38,021 bases of DNA from an uncultured Candidatus Saccharibacteria bacterium (GTDB taxonomy: Bacteria; Patescibacteriota; Minisyncoccia; UBA6257; UBA9933), in the NCBI GenBank assembly GCA_964563845.1, contig CAZLYJ010000001.1, forward strand, positions 1 to 38,021. Direction: 5' to 3'. Of the stretch, positions 6,197 to 15,039 are shown piece by piece. The position numbers and the translations under genes were made by a program. How positions within the stretch are numbered: position 1 is the stretch's first letter; each line of letters starts with the position of its first letter. The notes under the pieces were generated by a model, which was not told where the DNA came from, did no database searches, and saw only the letters and a program-made list of their open reading frames with translations.

Positions 6197-7930
6197 ATGT
6201 CAAAAAAGAGTAAAAAAGAGGAGATAAAGGAAGAAAAATTGGCCGACACCATACGGGATCGCATTGCCGTTTCCATTAAGTTTATGAAAGACTGGAAAGC
6301 AAGCGTGGACACGGCCAATCTGTATTGGACGGGCAAATCGCGTCCCAAGAGCATATCGCGCGAGAACTATTATTCCGTCAATTATATCTACGCCATCATC
6401 AAGGATTCTATTGCGAGGATGTACTACCGCAATCCGCAAATCAATGTGGAACCCGTGAACGGCAAAGATCCCGCCATATTCACGAACGCCAAGAATGCGC
6501 AGCTTGTTTTAAACTGGCAAGCGCAAAAGAAAGAATATCGGTTAAGAGACCATATCAAATTGGCTTTACTGGATTGGCAAAGAACGGGAATGGGCGTAGT
6601 CTTTACCGGATGGACAACGCTTTTGGAACAGGAAAAAGACGAAATTAAAAGGATTCAAAAAGACCAGCCCGACATTAAGAGAATCCACCCAAAGCATATT
6701 TATCTTGCCCCCGGCTTTACCAGAGACAAAATAGACTATGTGGTGTTGGAATATCAAGTGCCTCTCAAAGAAGTGAAGAATAATAAGAATTTTAATCAGA
6801 AGGTTTTAGACGGATTCAATATCACAAGTTATTTGGACAAAGAATGGCGCGATGACGGCAATGGAGGAACAAGAGTTAAAGAAACGGAAGATATGGCCAG
6901 AGTGACGCTGTATCACTACTATGACGCGGAGCATTGGTTTGTAATGCTAAAAGGCGCGGACGATCCTTTAATGGAAAAAGAGAATCCGTATACGGCGGTA
7001 TTCGGAGAAGATAATCCCCTCCCTATTACAATCATTTGGGGAGACGACGATTTGGCCTCACCCTTTCCAATCTCAAAGATTGATCCGATAAAGGATGTGG
7101 TCAGGGAACTGTCAATGATCCGAAGCCAGCAGGTCAATCATCGCAAGAGATTCAATCGCAAGGCTTTATATGACAGCAATTCCATTGACGAAACAAAAAT
7201 AGAAAAACTAAAAAATCCCGATGACGGCACTATGATTGGCATAGCCTTAGAAAGCGGCAAGACATTAGATGGCGCGATTTATCCCATACCGGAACAGCCC
7301 TTACAGTATCCATTTCAAATTGAGCCGATGGTCAAAGAGGATATATATGTCATTTCCGGCACGACGCCCACGGCTCTAACCGGCAAGTCGGCCAATCCCA
7401 CCTTAGGACAAGATGAGCTATCAGCCAAGAGCGCGCAAAACCGAGAAGAAGAAGATCAATCCCAAGTGGAGCAATTCGTGGAAGCGATATATCAAAGGCT
7501 TTTACAGCTTGATCAAACCTATCTGCAACAGCCCGTAGCAATGCAAGTATCGGGCTCCATAGATCATCAATGGATGGAGTTGACAAGCACGGATATTGCG
7601 GGCGGGATGACGCTCAAAGTGATATCTGGTTCTATGGTGAGAGAAACCGATGAGGTAGTTCGCAAACAAGCTATGGATGTGTTAAACTTAGTGGGAATGT
7701 TACCGATTGGACAGCCACTTATTCCTGAAATTATTCAGAAGATACTTGACACCTTTCCGATGTTTTCCGATATAGCGGAAAAGATAAGAAGGATGATGGC
7801 GCAACCGCAACCGCCCATTTTGCCTCCTCAAATGGGAGAGACAGGCAATGGGCCGATGAATCAAAGTATATTGAATCAAAACGCGCCAACAGCCAGCGGA
7901 TTATCAAATGGCGCGAATAAAATAACTTAA
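6197..7930 (+). CDS. Portal protein
   Basis: 577-aa ORF in the canonical position after terminase and before the scaffold-like and capsid genes. The call rests on size and position only. Confidence 0.7.
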   Translation: MSKKSKKEEIKEEKLADTIRDRIAVSIKFMKDWKASVDTANLYWTGKSRPKSISRENYYSVNYIYAIIKDSIARMYYRNPQINVEPVNGKDPAIFTNAKNAQLVLNWQAQKKEYRLRDHIKLALLDWQRTGMGVVFTGWTTLLEQEKDEIKRIQKDQPDIKRIHPKHIYLAPGFTRDKIDYVVLEYQVPLKEVKNNKNFNQKVLDGFNITSYLDKEWRDDGNGGTRVKETEDMARVTLYHYYDAEHWFVMLKGADDPLMEKENPYTAVFGEDNPLPITIIWGDDDLASPFPISKIDPIKDVVRELSMIRSQQVNHRKRFNRKALYDSNSIDETKIEKLKNPDDGTMIGIALESGKTLDGAIYPIPEQPLQYPFQIEPMVKEDIYVISGTTPTALTGKSANPTLGQDELSAKSAQNREEEDQSQVEQFVEAIYQRLLQLDQTYLQQPVAMQVSGSIDHQWMELTSTDIAGGMTLKVISGSMVRETDEVVRKQAMDVLNLVGMLPIGQPLIPEIIQKILDTFPMFSDIAEKIRRMMAQPQPPILPPQMGETGNGPMNQSILNQNAPTASGLSNGANKIT

Positions 7931-7934
7931 TAAT

Positions 7935-8255
7935 ATGTCAGAACAAAATTTATATCTAACGCTCACCGATAAAGAACTGCCCGATCTCGCTCAATGGAAA
8001 GCGGGCAAGGAGTATGAAGTATTAGCCAGAATTAAAATGGTAAAAATGACCAAAGAGATGAACGAAAAAGGCAAAGAACTGAAAGCGGATTTTAGCATTG
8101 TGAATATTCGGGATGTGGAAGAAGCCGATATGAAGTATCGCTCTAAATTCCAAAAAGTGGCCAAAGAGGCGATGAAAGATTCACTCGTGAAAAATAAGCC
8201 AGAAGAAAAGAATGAAACTTATGTGACGCTAAGAACCGAACCTTATGTTAGCTAA
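7935..8255 (+). CDS. Hypothetical head-module protein (106 aa, Lys/Glu-rich)
   Basis: Track ORF between the portal and the scaffold-like gene. Confidence 0.5.
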   Translation: MSEQNLYLTLTDKELPDLAQWKAGKEYEVLARIKMVKMTKEMNEKGKELKADFSIVNIRDVEEADMKYRSKFQKVAKEAMKDSLVKNKPEEKNETYVTLRTEPYVS

Positions 8256-8538
8256 GAGATATGAGGACGCGAAAAAGGAGCAGGTTAATTTCAAGAATAA
8301 ATATTGTTGGGGATGCGGAGATTCAAGATATACGGTGGCCAGCCGATACTGCAAAAGGTGCGACGCTAAGATTGAAGAAAAGATACGAATGGACTCAAAA
8401 AGCGGACGGGCGAAAAACCAGAATTACGGATATGACAGGGGAATGAATTACGGCCTTGGCATTTATATTGAAAGCAAAGATGAATTTAAAAAAGGCGTTA
8501 AATACGCGGAAACCGAAGGAACATTTTTAAAAGGTTAG
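8245..8538 (+). CDS. Zinc-ribbon protein (97 aa)
   Basis: CWGC...CKRC motif. It overlaps the preceding gene by 11 nt. Confidence 0.5.
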   Translation: MLAKRYEDAKKEQVNFKNKYCWGCGDSRYTVASRYCKRCDAKIEEKIRMDSKSGRAKNQNYGYDRGMNYGLGIYIESKDEFKKGVKYAETEGTFLKG

Positions 8539-8607
8539 TTCGCCGCAAGGAAGAAGCGAGCCAATCTTTTATCAGCGGCTCAATTATCAACTCAACCGCA
8601 AAATTTT

Positions 8608-9354
8608 ATGCCAGACGAAGAAATCGGGCAAACCGAAGGAAGCTTTGTTCCTGATGAAGGGCAAACAACGGGTTCCGAAAGCGCGGCAACCGAGGCAGTA
8701 GAGGGTAATCCGCCCGCAGAGGCGAATCCTCAAGCGCCGGAGATTAAACCGCAATTTGGCCAATTTGGAGAGGACGCCAACAAACTTTACGAGGGCTACA
8801 AAGCTCTTGAGAGCAAACTCGGCAATTGGAACGAAACCGAGGAATTAGCGAATAAGTATCGGGAGCTTCAAGCGAATCCGCCAGTGGCGGAAACGCCCGA
8901 AGAGGTGCCTGACTTCCAAGCAATGACGCAAGAAGAACAGCTTGCGTATTTACGCGCTGACGCGCGAAAAGAAGCCGAGAAAGCCGTTCAAGAAGCGATC
9001 GCCAAAGAAGTCAAACCGCTTCAACAAGATGTTTATACGCGCCAAGCTAATGAAGCTGCGGCTAAAATCAAGGAAAAATATCCTGATATTGAGCAGCATA
9101 AAGACGCGATAAACAAGTTTCTTGATGATAATCCCGCTATTGCCGCTAACCTTAATCCGGAAGTATTTGACATAGCCTATCGTTATGTCACTTATGAAAA
9201 GGCGAAAGAACTTGGGGCCAAAGACGCGATAGCCAAACTATCGCAAAAAGCCGCCAAGAATACGCCTCAACCGATGGGCAGCGTTCCAGTCACCTCCACA
9301 ACGCCAAAATCATTTATGGAAGCATTAAGACAAGCGGAAGACGAGGTAAGTTAA
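8608..9354 (+). CDS. Putative scaffolding protein
   Basis: 248-aa acidic protein rich in Ala, Glu and Lys, with a helical-looking sequence. It lies directly upstream of the capsid gene. Confidence 0.6.
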   Translation: MPDEEIGQTEGSFVPDEGQTTGSESAATEAVEGNPPAEANPQAPEIKPQFGQFGEDANKLYEGYKALESKLGNWNETEELANKYRELQANPPVAETPEEVPDFQAMTQEEQLAYLRADARKEAEKAVQEAIAKEVKPLQQDVYTRQANEAAAKIKEKYPDIEQHKDAINKFLDDNPAIAANLNPEVFDIAYRYVTYEKAKELGAKDAIAKLSQKAAKNTPQPMGSVPVTSTTPKSFMEALRQAEDEVS

Positions 9355-9370
9355 ATAGAATTAAAATTAT

Positions 9371-10321
9371 ATGGCAACAGGAAATACGAATTTTGACGCC
9401 ATAGCCTCAAGCACCTTGCAGAAATATAAACCAACCTTATACGACAATGTGTTCAAAAGAACCCCTTTGTTTTATAAGTTAATGGAAAAAGGCAGTAAAG
9501 ATGTACTGGACGGCGGACGATCAATCGTCGTGCCGGTCATTATGTCCGCTAACAGCACTGCGGCAGGGTATTCGGGCTATGGGACGATCGATATTACTCC
9601 GCAATCAAATGAAAGCGCGGCCGAATTCGAGTGGTGTCAGTACGCCGCTTCAATCGCGATCTCCGGACTGGAAGAAAGAAAAAATGCGGATTCCAAAACG
9701 CAAATCTATAAACTTTTGGAAGCAAAAACAAAAAATGCGGAAGATTCTCTCCGCCGAAAAATGGACATTGCCGCCTTTTCAAATGCCAATGGGTCAACCA
9801 GCGCTTTGAATGGTTTGCAAACATTGGTGGACGCCACCTCAACGGTCGGCGGAATCAATAGAACCAATGACGCTTTTTGGCAAGCGGTAGTCAACGCTTC
9901 AATCGGTTCATTCGCTACGAATGGATTGGACAAAATGCGCTCTACCTACAATTCTTGCACCGATGAAGGCCAAGACGCGCCAGACTTCGGAATCACCACG
10001 CAAGCCGTCTTTGAGTACTATGAGAAATCATTGCAGACTCAACAGCGCTTTACCGACAGCAAAACCGCTGACGGAGGATTTGAAAATCTCAAATTCAAAG
10101 GAATGGTTTTGATGTTTGATTCCAACTGCGCTTCGGGAGAAATGTATATGTTAAATTCCAACTGGTTGAAATTGGCCGTCCATAAAGACGCTGATTTGGA
10201 AATCGGAGCTTTCGTAGTTCCGGCCAACCAAGACGCAAAGGTCGCCAAAATTCTGTTTCAGGGTAATTTGATTGTTCTCCAATCTCGCCGCCAAGGCAAG
10301 ATCACGGGAATTACGGCCTGA
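9371..10321 (+). CDS. Major capsid protein
   Basis: 316-aa ORF after the scaffold-like gene. Its size and position fit an HK97-fold capsid protein. The fold assignment is an inference. Confidence 0.7.
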   Translation: MATGNTNFDAIASSTLQKYKPTLYDNVFKRTPLFYKLMEKGSKDVLDGGRSIVVPVIMSANSTAAGYSGYGTIDITPQSNESAAEFEWCQYAASIAISGLEERKNADSKTQIYKLLEAKTKNAEDSLRRKMDIAAFSNANGSTSALNGLQTLVDATSTVGGINRTNDAFWQAVVNASIGSFATNGLDKMRSTYNSCTDEGQDAPDFGITTQAVFEYYEKSLQTQQRFTDSKTADGGFENLKFKGMVLMFDSNCASGEMYMLNSNWLKLAVHKDADLEIGAFVVPANQDAKVAKILFQGNLIVLQSRRQGKITGITA

Positions 10322-10330
10322 TATTTTTCT

Positions 10331-10359
10331 TTGACATATTTCTTAGGAAGGAGTATAAT
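10331..10359 (+). promoter_or_regulatory. Perfect consensus sigma70 promoter (TTGACA-17-TATAAT) serving the HNH gene
   Basis: ttgaca tatttcttaggaaggag tataat begins 10 nt after the capsid stop codon. Confidence 0.7.
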
Positions 10360-10391
10360 TTTTATAGATTATTTTATAAAATATTATACTT

Positions 10392-10964
10392 ATGCTTTCA
10401 AAAGAAATATTACAGAAAAAATATTGGAACGAACGATTAAGTCTTAAAAAGATTGCTCAAGAAGAGCAAGTATCTCCAAAAACAGTTGCACGGTGGATGG
10501 AAAGTTGGAACATTGAAAGAAGGCCATTTAGTACGAAAGGTCTTCAAACAAGACTTGGAGCAATACTAACCGAAGAAACAAAAAAGAAGATAGCTCAAAA
10601 ACATTTAGGAAAAAGGTTATCTCCAGAACATCGGAAGAAGGTAGTAGCCAATCTTAATAAGTATCGTTGGGGGAATAAAAATCCCGCATGGACAGGTGGT
10701 ATAGTTGTTAGTGATAATGGATATATTCTTATTAAAATGAGAAATCATCCAAGAGCCAATAAAAATGGATATATAGGATCACACATTTTACTTCTTGAAC
10801 AAAAGATTGGTAGATACTTAGAAAAAGATGAAGTCGCTCATCACAAGAACGAAAAGCGTTGGGATAATCGGTTAGAGAATCTTCAAGTTATGACTTTCAA
10901 TAAACATTCTAAATATCATGCAATAAAAAGATACAAAGCAAATAAAGGACTAAATCATTCTTAA
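10392..10964 (+). CDS. Free-standing HNH homing endonuclease (HNH_3-like)
   Basis: Motif GYIGSHILLLEQKIGRYLEKDEVAHHKNEKRWDNRLENLQVMTFNKH. The gene is visibly more AT-rich than the flanking structural genes and has its own promoter. Confidence 0.8.
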   Translation: MLSKEILQKKYWNERLSLKKIAQEEQVSPKTVARWMESWNIERRPFSTKGLQTRLGAILTEETKKKIAQKHLGKRLSPEHRKKVVANLNKYRWGNKNPAWTGGIVVSDNGYILIKMRNHPRANKNGYIGSHILLLEQKIGRYLEKDEVAHHKNEKRWDNRLENLQVMTFNKHSKYHAIKRYKANKGLNHS

Positions 10965-10997
10965 ACCATTATTAAAATCTAATCAATTAAAAATATT

Positions 10998-11258
10998 ATG
11001 GCTTTCGCCTCTACTACAACCACTGCCCCGGGACCTGATGTATTGGGTTCTTCCCGTCTTATCTCGGGAACATATACCAATGCTGAAACGGATTCGGGCG
11101 GCGCAATTTCAACGGGCTTTTCAGTCATTATCGCTTGCGGCGTATTTTCTACAAACGCAATCGGCAATGCAGATCCGAAATTCACTGTTTCGGGAGGCAC
11201 AATCACTGTCGTCACTTCTAATGGAGCGGACGGTTCGTGGTGGGCCATAGGGAGATGA
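10998..11258 (+). CDS. Stand-alone H-type-lectin-like beta module (86 aa), possible head-associated protein
   Basis: It ends in ...TGFSV...GSWWAIGR. This shares the W-x-A-[IL]-G terminal signature with the C-termini of the fibre-like proteins at 19560 and 20074. The N-terminus is Thr-rich (ASTTTTAPGP). Confidence 0.45.
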   Translation: MAFASTTTTAPGPDVLGSSRLISGTYTNAETDSGGAISTGFSVIIACGVFSTNAIGNADPKFTVSGGTITVVTSNGADGSWWAIGR

Positions 11259-11261
11259 CGT

Positions 11262-11660
11262 ATGAAGATAGCCTATTTAGCGGGAATTATTGACGGAGAA
11301 GGATGTATATTAATTCATCGTTCAATAAACGACAAGGGATACATTGGCTATACTCTTGAAGTAGGGGTAAGAAATACTGATGGTCGTCTAATTGATTGGT
11401 TAAAAAACAATTATGGTGGAACTGTTAAAGTTTCCAGTCGAGGAAATTCTAAACATAAAACTTGCTATGATTGGAGATTATTCAATCAAAAAGCGATAAG
11501 CCTTTTACTTCTTATTCTTCCTTACTTAATTGTAAAAAAAGAACAAATAGAAGTCGCGCTAAAGTTTCCTGTAGGAAAGATAGTAAGAAATCCAGCATTA
11601 CGTGAATGGATATATAAAACCCTTCAATCCCTAAAGGCTATGGTTTATACACTAAACTAG
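11262..11660 (+). CDS. LAGLIDADG homing endonuclease (single-motif type)
   Basis: The N-terminus MKIAYLAGIIDGEGCI matches the LAGLIDADG motif. The protein is 132 aa and AT-rich. An SD-like gggaga lies 6 nt upstream. Confidence 0.85.
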   Translation: MKIAYLAGIIDGEGCILIHRSINDKGYIGYTLEVGVRNTDGRLIDWLKNNYGGTVKVSSRGNSKHKTCYDWRLFNQKAISLLLLILPYLIVKKEQIEVALKFPVGKIVRNPALREWIYKTLQSLKAMVYTLN

Positions 11661-11758
11661 AACCATTACTCGTAGACGTGTTTCCGGGAGATGCGAGTGG
11701 GTAAAGTCCATCAGCCTACCCGGACAAAATTACTCACTAAGAAATCTAAAAAAACAAT

Positions 11759-12220
11759 ATGCAAATTCAACAAGTCAACCGAACAGATGATGAAAAAATT
11801 TATCTGGTCGTTAAAAATGTAAACGCGGTAACCGCTACCACCGGATTCGGTCTTCGTTATGTCGGCGGAGCCGCAGCGGAGATTGTTTCCACCGGCGGAG
11901 CAAACGCGGTCTTTCAGACTGATGCCACCAACGGATTAGCCGCCGGTGTCGCAGTTGAAGACATTGCCGTAAATGCGTACGGACGCGTGCAGGCTTACGG
12001 GCTTGTGTCGGTCGCGTACTCGTTTGAAGCGGACAAAACAGTCGGCGTAACAGGCGTTGCTACAAGTCTTTTAAAGACTGGCGGTCTGGCTGGCTCTTTT
12101 ACTTCCACTCGCGTACCGGAAGGACTGTCAACATCGCTCTACAAATACGCCATCAATATGGTGACCACCAATATTTCAGGCGGATTGCCTCTGGGGAGCG
12201 CATTTATAAGATATTTGTAG
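11759..12220 (+). CDS. Putative head decoration/cement protein (DUF2190-like pattern)
   Basis: 153-aa protein rich in Gly, Ala, Val and Thr. The GLAAGVAVEDIAVNAYGRVQAYGLVSV segment resembles DUF2190 beta-barrel proteins. Confidence 0.4.
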   Translation: MQIQQVNRTDDEKIYLVVKNVNAVTATTGFGLRYVGGAAAEIVSTGGANAVFQTDATNGLAAGVAVEDIAVNAYGRVQAYGLVSVAYSFEADKTVGVTGVATSLLKTGGLAGSFTSTRVPEGLSTSLYKYAINMVTTNISGGLPLGSAFIRYL

Positions 12221-12240
12221 CTAAGATTAGCTAAAATAAG

Positions 12241-12266
12241 GGGGATAGGGCGTTGGCCTTATCCCC
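12241..12266 (+). other. GC-rich 10-bp hairpin after the decoration-like gene
   Basis: ggggataggg cgttgg ccttatcccc. No T-run follows on the plus strand. Confidence 0.5.
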
Positions 12267-12285
12267 TAACGAAAGGAAGAAAAAT

Positions 12286-12447
12286 ATGAGAGAAAAAGAC
12301 ATTAAATATTTCAGGTGCCAGAGCGATCATCAAATTGTTACGGCCAGGATGATCCATAAAGGGTTGGCGTGCGGACATCAACTGCGCATAGCCGGATATG
12401 TCACATTTTTGGAATGGCTATTGATTAAAATAAGGTGGATAAGGTAA
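12286..12447 (+). CDS. Hypothetical 53-aa protein
   Basis: The track ORF is trimmed to the ATG at 12286, which is preceded by aaggaag. Confidence 0.4.
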   Translation: MREKDIKYFRCQSDHQIVTARMIHKGLACGHQLRIAGYVTFLEWLLIKIRWIR

Positions 12448-12457
12448 AAATAAATTT

Positions 12458-13228
12458 ATGGAAGGAAGAATAATAAAGGTGGCGATAGGCGTACCGACGA
12501 AAGGGACGACTGACGCGCCCGCTTACGACAATCATTTGACGCTTCTGGCGCATTTGGGAAAATTGCAAATCGCCTCGTGGGCGGGAATAAAAGAAATGGA
12601 CGGAGAGTATTTTGATTATCCGGACGGCATTAAATTCAAATTCGCTTTAATGACTTTACCCCGAGTATTCCCCGCATTAGCCAGAGAGAAGATAGCGGAA
12701 GAAGCGAAAGAACAGAATTGCGATTATCTTTTCTTCTTTGACGATGATATGATAATGATGCCGGACATATTTGAAAGATTATTCAAGCACCGGAAAGATA
12801 TTGTCGCGGCTCTGGCCTTTTGCCGATTATATCCGTACAATCCGGTTATCTATAATCTGACGAAAGGATATGACGGAGTGGAGAAAAAAGAATACTATAT
12901 TAACTTGACGGTTAATCGGTATCCGAAAGACCAATTAGTGGAATGCGACGCGGTCGGTTTCGGAGCGGTGCTGATTGATATGAAGCTCTTGGATACAATA
13001 CAGAAGCCGTGGTTTATGACGACAAGCGGGGCTGGTGAAGATATACATTTTTGTCATTTAGCGGGAAAAGCGGGATTCAGGGTATTTATGGATACGGCCA
13101 CCAAGATAGGCCATTTAGGGGAAAGAGAAGTAGTCATCGAGGAAACTTACGAAAAAAATAATACTATTAAAGAAGATCGCCAAAGAGCGGGCGATGAAAA
13201 AAAATATCAAAAAAAGGAAGTATGCTAG
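12458..13228 (+). CDS. GT-A fold glycosyltransferase
   Basis: The N-terminal IKVAIGVPTKG strand and the DxD region YLFFFDDDMIM are typical of family-2-like glycosyltransferases. Confidence 0.65.
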   Translation: MEGRIIKVAIGVPTKGTTDAPAYDNHLTLLAHLGKLQIASWAGIKEMDGEYFDYPDGIKFKFALMTLPRVFPALAREKIAEEAKEQNCDYLFFFDDDMIMMPDIFERLFKHRKDIVAALAFCRLYPYNPVIYNLTKGYDGVEKKEYYINLTVNRYPKDQLVECDAVGFGAVLIDMKLLDTIQKPWFMTTSGAGEDIHFCHLAGKAGFRVFMDTATKIGHLGEREVVIEETYEKNNTIKEDRQRAGDEKKYQKKEVC

Positions 13229-14451
13229 AACCCATCACGATTTTAATCCCCACATATAATAATTCAGACCAACTGCGGCAATGCGTGGAATCAATCCTGT
13301 CGTATAACTTTATTCAACCGGCTGAAATAATCATCGTCAATAACGGACAAGCTCCTCTGGCATTTTTATATAAGGATATTAAAAATGTAAAAGTGTTTAC
13401 AATGAAAGAAAATCTCGGCTGGGAAGGCGGATTAAAAGAAGGTTTAAAACATACCAAAACAAAATATGTGATGTTTCTGAATGATGATGTGTATATCCCG
13501 CGATCTTCGTCAAATTGGTTAAGGAATATGGCGCGGGTGCTGGAAACATACAAAGAGGCGGGAGCTATCGGCCCGTCAAGCAATGTGGTAATGGGACAGC
13601 AAAACATATTCAGTCCGCCATTCGTTCAATGCTTTCAAGCGCAATTTCTTATTGGTTTCTGCATTTTATTCAGAAGAGCCGCACTTGACGATATTGGAGG
13701 AGTGGACGACACCTTGCCTGGAGGCGATGACTTTGATTATTCCATACGACTGCGGAAAAAGAACTGGAAAATGATTGTGATGAAAGACACTTTTGTTTAT
13801 CATCACGGCTTTCAGACCGGCAATGTATTGCACGGCGACCATACGGCCAAGAACGGCTGGAACTCTCCCCAAATGACGGAAAGAACGAATACGGCTATTA
13901 TCAAGAAACACGGATTTATTGACTGGTGGGAAACGATTGCGCCTCAACCGCTTGGCCATGATGATTTAATACGGGACGCGGAAGGGGACGAAATACGCGC
14001 CCTTGTTAAAGGAAAAGATGTTTGCGAATTGGGAGTAGGTGGTAAAAAGACGATAGAGAACTCTATCGGAGTGGATAGGGTGAAAAAAGGCGAGATGATT
14101 CCGTGGGTCAATCAAATATCAGTGGCGGATGTCGTGGCTGATGTAAGTGGAAAACTGCCCTTTGAAAATTCACAATACGATTGCGTGATCGCCCGTCATA
14201 TTCTGGAGCATTCCCTGGACACTTTAATCACCCTTGCTGAATGGTCAAGGATTATTAAGAAAGGCGGACAACTGATTATTGCCGTACCGAATGAGAACAT
14301 TGCCGATAGTATTCCGCTCAACCCGGAACATCTGCACGCTTTTACGCCTGAATCTCTTACCAATTTAGGCTATGCCAATGGATTGAAGCCGGTCAAAGCG
14401 ATTGAGGGGTATAATTCCGTATCATTTATCATTCAATTTGAAAAAGTATGA
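13222..14451 (+). CDS. Bifunctional family-2 glycosyltransferase / class I SAM-dependent methyltransferase
   Basis: The N-terminal half has ITILIPTYNN...IIIVNNG...FLNDDVY...GGDDFDYSIRL. The C-terminal half has VCELGVGG...DCVIARHILEH...KKGGQLIIAVPN. Confidence 0.8.
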   Translation: MLEPITILIPTYNNSDQLRQCVESILSYNFIQPAEIIIVNNGQAPLAFLYKDIKNVKVFTMKENLGWEGGLKEGLKHTKTKYVMFLNDDVYIPRSSSNWLRNMARVLETYKEAGAIGPSSNVVMGQQNIFSPPFVQCFQAQFLIGFCILFRRAALDDIGGVDDTLPGGDDFDYSIRLRKKNWKMIVMKDTFVYHHGFQTGNVLHGDHTAKNGWNSPQMTERTNTAIIKKHGFIDWWETIAPQPLGHDDLIRDAEGDEIRALVKGKDVCELGVGGKKTIENSIGVDRVKKGEMIPWVNQISVADVVADVSGKLPFENSQYDCVIARHILEHSLDTLITLAEWSRIIKKGGQLIIAVPNENIADSIPLNPEHLHAFTPESLTNLGYANGLKPVKAIEGYNSVSFIIQFEKV

Positions 14452-14459
14452 GAATAGCA

Positions 14460-14978
14460 CTAAGGAACGAATTGACCGGATTTGTTACGCTTAAAGCGTT
14501 TAACTTGTTCAGCTTTGTGAATATGGTTATGTTCAAATGTTGTAAGTACAACAAGATTCTCAATTCGATTGTCATTTTTAATGCCATTGATATGATGAAC
14601 ATGTTGTTTATGTTCAAGTTTTCGACTAAGATGCATTTCCATGACAAAACGATGTTCGCCAACCCAATGAGTTCCGTTCCAAATTTCAATGTAACCAGAT
14701 TGTTGATTTCGACGAGAACCAATAGAACGCCTACTGTCTTTCATTGCTTCTCCACCCTTCCATTGAGGATTAAGTTCGCCATTTTGAGTGTTTATGTTTT
14801 TAACAGAAGCGCATTTAGCAGAGCAATACAACTGTTTTCTATCGGCTATAAAGAGTTCTTTGCATTCTTTGCATATATATTCTTTATAGGGTGCGGGAAA
14901 ACGACCAGTTCCAACAGTATGCCAAGTTCCGTCTCCGTGATCTATCCATCCTCTTTGTTTCGCAATAGAGATTTTCAT
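14460..14978 (-). CDS. Free-standing HNH homing endonuclease (HNH_3-like), antisense to the late arm
   Basis: Motif GEHRFVMEMHLSRKLEHKQHVHHINGIKNDNRIENLVVLTTFEHNHIH, with an N-terminal Cys4. It is the only sizeable minus-strand gene between 3.6 and 31.3 kb. Confidence 0.8.
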   Translation of the reverse strand: MKISIAKQRGWIDHGDGTWHTVGTGRFPAPYKEYICKECKELFIADRKQLYCSAKCASVKNINTQNGELNPQWKGGEAMKDSRRSIGSRRNQQSGYIEIWNGTHWVGEHRFVMEMHLSRKLEHKQHVHHINGIKNDNRIENLVVLTTFEHNHIHKAEQVKRFKRNKSGQFVP

Positions 14979-15010
14979 AGTATTTTATTAATTAAGAGAG
15001 TAATACTTAT

Positions 15011-15039
15011 ATGATAGAGGAATCTTTGAGACCTGTCAA
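15011..15039 (-). promoter_or_regulatory. Promoter of the antisense HNH gene (TTGACA-17-TATCAT)
   Basis: The minus strand reads ttgaca ggtctcaaagattcctc tatcat. The -10 hexamer is the reverse complement of the ATGATA that starts the plus-strand glycosyltransferase gene at 15011. Confidence 0.55.

Noticed and set aside
6200-10250. Numerous 60-110-aa ORFs on either strand inside the portal, scaffold and capsid genes (e.g. 6325..6648, 9501..9809, 9594..9842)
   Set aside because: They lie fully inside long, motif-bearing or positionally well-supported genes. Their compositions are Arg/Ser/Pro-rich, typical of off-frame translation.
11661-11758. Group I intron carrying the LAGLIDADG ORF and splitting a structural gene
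   Set aside because: Both flanking ORFs look complete. The upstream one ends at the natural W-x-A-I-G terminus with a stop codon. The downstream one has its own ATG in the standard A-rich context. I could not identify conserved P3-P8 core elements by eye. The possibility is kept only as something to test with covariance models.
14448-15014. Plus-strand 188-aa ORF overlapping the antisense HNH gene
   Set aside because: It is a shadow frame of the clearly recognisable HNH gene on the opposite strand. Its Phe/Ile/Asn-rich sequence has no motifs.
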